Source: Myxococcota bacterium (lineage in GTDB: Bacteria > Myxococcota_A > SURF-8). Taken from it: a stretch of 64,000 nucleotides of DNA. Under the pieces are notes generated by a model, which saw only the letters and a list, made by a program, of their open reading frames with translations, was not told where the DNA came from and did not search any database. Location: contig CAXXQS010000002.1 in NCBI GenBank assembly GCA_963674735.2, forward strand, positions 1,664,001 through 1,728,000. The letters run 5' to 3'. Numbering within the stretch: position 1 is the first letter of the stretch; every line of letters starts with the position of its first letter. This document shows, piece by piece, positions 59,090 through 64,000 of the stretch. Position numbers and translations under genes: made by a program.

Positions 59090-60952
59090 CTAGATCACGA
59101 CATCCATATGGGAGAGGTCTTCACTCAGGATCCCTTTGGCCCATCCATGGACGCGCGGCAGGATGGTGTTGACGAAGAATTGCGCGGTCATGATTTTGGC
59201 GTGGTAGAAGGCCGATTCTTCGCTGTCGACCAGATGTGCGTGCAGGGCCGCCGCATCGCTTCCGTCGATACCAGCCGCCGACAGGCGCTGGGTGAGGACG
59301 TCGTTGGCCACGAGCGCCGCCTTCAGAAGCTCGGCCGCCGTCACGACATCTCCCATCAGATCGAGAAAACCGGTCGCCCGGCTGGTGGCCAGATCGAGGC
59401 GTTTCTGCATGCCCCAGCCGCCAAGCGTCATGGCGACCTGGGCCAGCAGGTCTTTGGCACCGGAGAAACCATCGGCCAGATGTTTGAGTGTTTCTGCCTC
59501 GCGGACATTGGCGATGACCGAGTCCAGTTCGGCGAGATAGCTCATGAACACCGCGCCGCCCTTCATGGGCATTTTGCGGGCGATCAGATCCATGGCCTGA
59601 ATGGAGTTGGTTCCCTCATAGATGCAACCGATTTTGACGTCGCGCATGTACTGTTCGACCGGGTAGTCGCGGGTGTAGCCGTAGCCGCCGAAGACCTGAA
59701 TGGCCATCGAGGTCATTTCCACGCCGCGGTCGGTGCAATACGCTTTACAGATGGGGGTCAGAAGTTCGAGGAAGCCCTGATATTTGTCGCGATCCGCCGC
59801 TTCGGGTGCATGGTGGGCCATATCGGTGCAGAAGGCCGTGTAATGCAGAAGCAGGCGCGATCCTTCGGCGAAGGCTTTGATGGTCAGCAGCTGGCGGCGT
59901 ACGTCGGGATGTTCGATGATCGCCACGCGCGGAGCGTCGGGGTTCTTGAAGTCTTTGATTGAGGAACCCTGGATGCGGTCTTTGCTGTAAGCCAAGGCGT
60001 TCTGATACGCCGCATTCATCAGCGAGCAACCCTGCAGGCCGACTTCGATGCGGGCTTCGTTCATCATGTTGAACATCACGCGGATGCCGTCGCCTTCGTT
60101 GCCAAGGATCCAGCCGCGGCAATTGCCGCTGTCGCCGAAAGACAACTGGCAGGTGGGGGATCCGTGGATGCCCATTTTGTGTTCGATACCGACACATTGC
60201 ACGTCGTTGAATTCTCCCAGAACGCCGTTCTCGTCGAAGCGGACTTTCGGTGTGACGAACAGCGAGAGACCTTTGGTGCCCGCCGGAGCGCCGGGGGTGC
60301 GGGCCAGGACGAGATGGATGATGTTGTCGCAGAAATCATGATCGCCGGCCGTGATGAAAATCTTGGTGCCGCTGATCAGGTAGTAATCTTCACCATCCAC
60401 TTTTTCCGCACGCGTTTTGGCTGCGCCGACGTCGGAACCGGCCGAGGGCTCGGTCAGAACCATCGAACCGCCCCAGGTGCCGTCGTAGAGTTTGGGAATG
60501 ATCATGTCTTTCATGAAGTCATTGCCGTATTTTTCCAAGACATGGGCGACGCCGATGGAAAGCAGAGTCGTGAGATACAGGGCCGTGTTGGCGCCGGTGA
60601 AAATGTCGGCCAACGCGGTATTGACCACATGCGGCAGACCCTGGCCGCCGTATTCCGGCATACCGGCCGAGGCCAGCCAGCCCGCTTCCGCATAGGCTTT
60701 GAAGGTTTCTTTGAAATTGGGCGGAGTGGTGACCGTGCCGTTATCGAAAATGCAGCCGACCTCGTCGCCTTCTTTGTTGCAGGTGGCGAATTTTTCTTTG
60801 CCGAATTTGGCCGCTTCATTGACGATCATCTCGAAATCGTCCTTCGAGAAATCTTTGTAGCCGTCTAGCTGGCAGAGTTCCTGCGCTTTCAGATACTCGA
60901 ACAAGACAAAATGCAAATCACGAACATCGATCGTAAAATCGGTTGCAGACAT
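59090..60952 (-). CDS. Long-type acyl-CoA dehydrogenase (FadE/DmdC-like)
   Basis: MVLTEP.AGSDVG, GTKIFIT.GDH, EHKMGIHGSPTC, QVFGGYGY and IYEGTN.IQA.DL. Confidence 0.93.
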   Translation of the reverse strand: MSATDFTIDVRDLHFVLFEYLKAQELCQLDGYKDFSKDDFEMIVNEAAKFGKEKFATCNKEGDEVGCIFDNGTVTTPPNFKETFKAYAEAGWLASAGMPEYGGQGLPHVVNTALADIFTGANTALYLTTLLSIGVAHVLEKYGNDFMKDMIIPKLYDGTWGGSMVLTEPSAGSDVGAAKTRAEKVDGEDYYLISGTKIFITAGDHDFCDNIIHLVLARTPGAPAGTKGLSLFVTPKVRFDENGVLGEFNDVQCVGIEHKMGIHGSPTCQLSFGDSGNCRGWILGNEGDGIRVMFNMMNEARIEVGLQGCSLMNAAYQNALAYSKDRIQGSSIKDFKNPDAPRVAIIEHPDVRRQLLTIKAFAEGSRLLLHYTAFCTDMAHHAPEAADRDKYQGFLELLTPICKAYCTDRGVEMTSMAIQVFGGYGYTRDYPVEQYMRDVKIGCIYEGTNSIQAMDLIARKMPMKGGAVFMSYLAELDSVIANVREAETLKHLADGFSGAKDLLAQVAMTLGGWGMQKRLDLATSRATGFLDLMGDVVTAAELLKAALVANDVLTQRLSAAGIDGSDAAALHAHLVDSEESAFYHAKIMTAQFFVNTILPRVHGWAKGILSEDLSHMDVVI

Positions 60953-61068
60953 GGGTTACCTCCACTTGGGTCTAGCGTTCATATTTATAGTTGCGTGTTT
61001 CTGCGCCTTGTATAACTAGCATGATCATGGGCCGAGCGCAACGGTAAAAAGTTGGATGAAAGACGTCT

Positions 61069-62217
61069 TTATCGAGGGATATTGGCCAGGTGACGGCGCA
61101 CGAAAGGACACTCGGGGTCGGGGTTGTCACCGCCGGTCAGGTGGCGCGCCACAGCCCGGCAGCCACCGTTGCATTGCTCCAGATAAGCACATGATTTACA
61201 AGGTTCAGCCGCGATTTCTTTGAAATGGCGAACGGTTACGAAACGATCGTCTTCCCAGTTCTCCCGGAGGACGGTTGCCTGAATGTCGGTTGGGGACAAA
61301 AAACTGCAACCACTGACGCGCCCGTTGGGTGTTACGCCGATGAGGTGATTCCCGGCTTCGCAGCCGAGGACCCCGAAGCGGTCCATGACGTGCCGGTTAG
61401 GCCGATGCCAGGCAATCATGGGTACGAAGGAGCAGTCGACTTTGAGTGGCAGTCGCACCGTTTTGGAAATACGAACGATTTCCGGGTAGAACGAATCCGC
61501 CTGCTCGGGGGTCAGAGCATGTCGGGCGTAGTCCTTCGTGCCGCGCCCGAACGGTTTGAAGCGCAGCAGTTCTACATCGTGCAGTTTGAGGGAATGGGCC
61601 AGGCGCGCCACGGCTTCGATTCGGGTGAAGCTACGGGAGGTGACGACCATGTTGATCCCCGAGCGGCAACCGGCTCGGCGCAGGATTTTCAAGGATTCGA
61701 TGGCGCGGCTGGGCGGAATGGCGCGTGGCGAAGCGGGATCGTCCCGCGTGTCGTCGAGCGAGACGTTGATCTGGCCGAAAACCCGGCAGCGGCGCGCAAT
61801 GTCGGGGGTCATGTGCAGGCCGTTGGTGGTCAGATTCGGGACCAGCCCGCGCGAGCGTACATAGGCGGCCAGTTCGAACAGGTCGGGTCGTTCCAACGAT
61901 TCGCCGCCTCCCATGGCCAGGTGAAAAACACCCATGTCGGCCAAGTGGTCGATTACGCGTTTCCAGCCCGCCGTATCCAGCTCGTCCGGATCCCCGGCGG
62001 GTGTCGAACCGACATAGCAATGCCGACATCCGGCCGAACAGCGATTGGTGACCACCAGATGGGCCTCGATGGGGGCAGATAGGTGGCTGCATGAGCGCGC
62101 CCATTTTGGGTGAAAAGGATAACCCCAACGCAATAGGGCGTCACGGTTGAGGTAGATAAGGGCCGGAGGACGATTGAGCGACAGGATGGCCCCAAAAGAT
62201 TCGAATCGCAACTTCAT
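61069..62217 (-). CDS. Radical SAM protein with C-terminal SPASM domain
   Basis: CSAGCRHC (CxxxCxxC) and GGGE; SPASM CEAG...GC...C..C....CNGGC...DPEC. Confidence 0.9.
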   Translation of the reverse strand: MKLRFESFGAILSLNRPPALIYLNRDALLRWGYPFHPKWARSCSHLSAPIEAHLVVTNRCSAGCRHCYVGSTPAGDPDELDTAGWKRVIDHLADMGVFHLAMGGGESLERPDLFELAAYVRSRGLVPNLTTNGLHMTPDIARRCRVFGQINVSLDDTRDDPASPRAIPPSRAIESLKILRRAGCRSGINMVVTSRSFTRIEAVARLAHSLKLHDVELLRFKPFGRGTKDYARHALTPEQADSFYPEIVRISKTVRLPLKVDCSFVPMIAWHRPNRHVMDRFGVLGCEAGNHLIGVTPNGRVSGCSFLSPTDIQATVLRENWEDDRFVTVRHFKEIAAEPCKSCAYLEQCNGGCRAVARHLTGGDNPDPECPFVRRHLANIPR

Positions 62218-62226
62218 GATTTTATA

Positions 62227-63261
62227 CTAACATGTCTGGTCGATCGTGCCGGGCTCGGAAGAAATCCCGGCTTGTTTGTCGACCTCCCGTTTTCCGGTGG
62301 ATGTTGGTAATTGAACTGGGACAGCCGGTATGAGCTGTCGCGAGCGTGCGTAAAGGACAAGTTGCACGGCCAGCACCATGATGGCCCAGGCTTCCCAGAC
62401 GATTGAAAAGGTCAGATCCCAAGCCGAGGCCGCCGTGCCCGGCCAGCGCCAACTTGAGTCGAGCGTCTGCAAGGTCGACCACCACAGGTTTCCGGCCAGC
62501 GAAAGCGCCGTCCAAGCCAGTGCGATGGCGATGAAAAAAGCGAAGGCGGTTGCCATACTTGCGGCTTCCCGTTTTAAATGTCGCCCGGCCGACCGCCATG
62601 CCTGGCGCAAGGGCAGATCTTCCATTCCCATCGCGACTGCAACGGCCATGGCCAGCCAGAAAACGCCAGCCTTGATGGTCGTCATATAAGCGACGAGCAG
62701 CCCCAAACCGCCTAGAATGACGACGATTTCACGTGAACCCATGGGGTCAAGACCGTTCAAGGTGAGGCCCGTTTTCCATAGGATCAGTCCCATTACGAGG
62801 ATACCCAGACCGTTGGCTGTGAACGTGATGGCGGTAAAGGCGATGCGCAGGATGGCCATGCGACCGAAGAAACGTAGAGAATTACGCAGGAAACTACCGG
62901 CATCTGCGGTGCGCCCCTCACGGATGGCTTGGCCAAGTTCGCCTACAATACCGCCGTCTGTCAGGGTGGTGAGCAGAAAGTGGAATACGTAAGCGATGGC
63001 GCATAATGCCGCTATAGCTGCCAGCACGGAAGGATCGGTGAAATAGCCGGAAAGCAGGATTTCCGGGTCTGGATAACCTGTGGTGGGGTCGACCGGTGCA
63101 AAGAGCAGAAGCCGGACAAGCAAAACGAATCCCAAAATGATGGGAAAGGCGGCGGCGATACCGGCGGCGGTACGCAGGCCGATCAGAATGATCAGGACGA
63201 TCCAACTACGCAGGGTGAGGTGAATTCCCTCTTGGACGATACTGGCCAGGGAGTTCGGCAT
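62227..63261 (-). CDS. Multi-pass membrane protein of unknown function
   Basis: About six hydrophobic segments; translationally coupled to the upstream MlaD-like gene. Confidence 0.7.
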   Translation of the reverse strand: MPNSLASIVQEGIHLTLRSWIVLIILIGLRTAAGIAAAFPIILGFVLLVRLLLFAPVDPTTGYPDPEILLSGYFTDPSVLAAIAALCAIAYVFHFLLTTLTDGGIVGELGQAIREGRTADAGSFLRNSLRFFGRMAILRIAFTAITFTANGLGILVMGLILWKTGLTLNGLDPMGSREIVVILGGLGLLVAYMTTIKAGVFWLAMAVAVAMGMEDLPLRQAWRSAGRHLKREAASMATAFAFFIAIALAWTALSLAGNLWWSTLQTLDSSWRWPGTAASAWDLTFSIVWEAWAIMVLAVQLVLYARSRQLIPAVPVQLPTSTGKREVDKQAGISSEPGTIDQTC

Positions 63262-64000
63262 TACGGCTGCGTTGACATCGTGTCCGACTGGATACGCGAT
63301 TCTTCGCCGCGCAGGCGCTCGACGTCATCCTGCTTTTCCAGAGACATCCGGATAAGCGCTTTCAAAGCCGCGTTGCGTTTGAGGTTACCCAGGATCGACT
63401 TGAGATCTTCATAAACCGTCGGATCCTTGATCAAGCCGCCGATGGTGCCGTTGCCTTGTTCGATATAACGCGCCAGTTTACGGATGTCGGTGGAAGCATC
63501 TTCCAGATTTTTAATGATGTTTCCCTTATCTTCTTCGTAAATCAGGGTATGCAACATGCCTTTGCGATCTTTGATGGCGCTGACCACTTCGGAAATGGTG
63601 GCGGAAGCTTCCCGAATGTTTTCGAGGATCTTTTTGCCGTCCTCATCGTAGATGATGCCATGCAGGGTGCCTTTTCCGGTACGCACTTCGCCGAGGATAT
63701 TTTCGACGTGGTCGACGCTTTTTCGGATGCCGCCCGAAGCCGAGCGCACGTTGTGCATGGTGGTTTTGAGATCGGCTTGTACTTTGGCATCGTAGATCAG
63801 GCCGTGTGCAATACCATCGCCGGTTTCCACTTCCTTGATGACTTCGTCGATGGAACTGATGATACTTTTGATGTGGGTGACGGTTTCTTCGTCGATGATC
63901 TTGCGAATGGCGGTTTTGATGTCTTTGGCGACATCCGCGCCATGGCTGATCAAGGCCTGGCCTTTCTCCATGATCGTAAACAGATCGGGGGGCTCTTCAC
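63261..64000 (-). CDS. MlaD/MCE family protein, C-terminal helical part (partial, starts beyond the right edge)
   Basis: Repeated G.GTL/I.GLIYD/LIKDP motifs, typical of long MlaD helical tails. Confidence 0.7.
   Translation of the reverse strand, partial: EEPPDLFTIMEKGQALISHGADVAKDIKTAIRKIIDEETVTHIKSIISSIDEVIKEVETGDGIAHGLIYDAKVQADLKTTMHNVRSASGGIRKSVDHVENILGEVRTGKGTLHGIIYDEDGKKILENIREASATISEVVSAIKDRKGMLHTLIYEEDKGNIIKNLEDASTDIRKLARYIEQGNGTIGGLIKDPTVYEDLKSILGNLKRNAALKALIRMSLEKQDDVERLRGEESRIQSDTMSTQP

Noticed and set aside
1-64000. Prophage, IS, integron or CRISPR array
   Set aside because: No integrase, transposase, phage structural gene or regularly spaced repeat was found by inspection.

Overview
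A GC-rich bacterial chromosome segment, probably from a deltaproteobacterial (Myxococcota-like) lineage, judged by a TIGR02266-type PilZ protein, an MXAN_5808-type S41 protease, a MYXO-CTERM-like tail and a PxxKW protein. Left part (1-21 kb): exported lipoprotein hydrolases (GH5, papain-like, FGE-fold), ftsEX-envC, PilZ proteins, queEC, two glycosyltransferases and apt. Middle (21.5-30.7 kb), the best candidate for an undescribed system: a PqqD/RRE gene, a 2500-aa Ig-repeat/FG-GAP surface lipoprotein, a separately promoted 52-aa RiPP-precursor-like peptide (YxxP leader motif, ACGK...C core) and an HPr-kinase-related protein. Right part (32-59 kb): a sigma54-driven flagellar cluster from flgB to flhB. 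It has a receiver-less activator, no fliJ, two complementary-looking MotB paralogues (one lacks the ion-binding Asp, the other has a degenerate peptidoglycan-binding domain) and a structured, ACGGA-rich flgE leader. The window ends with an acyl-CoA dehydrogenase, a radical SAM/SPASM enzyme, a membrane protein and a partial MlaD-like gene. No rRNA, tRNA, CRISPR array or transposase was seen. All calls come from motif recognition by eye, not from database searches.
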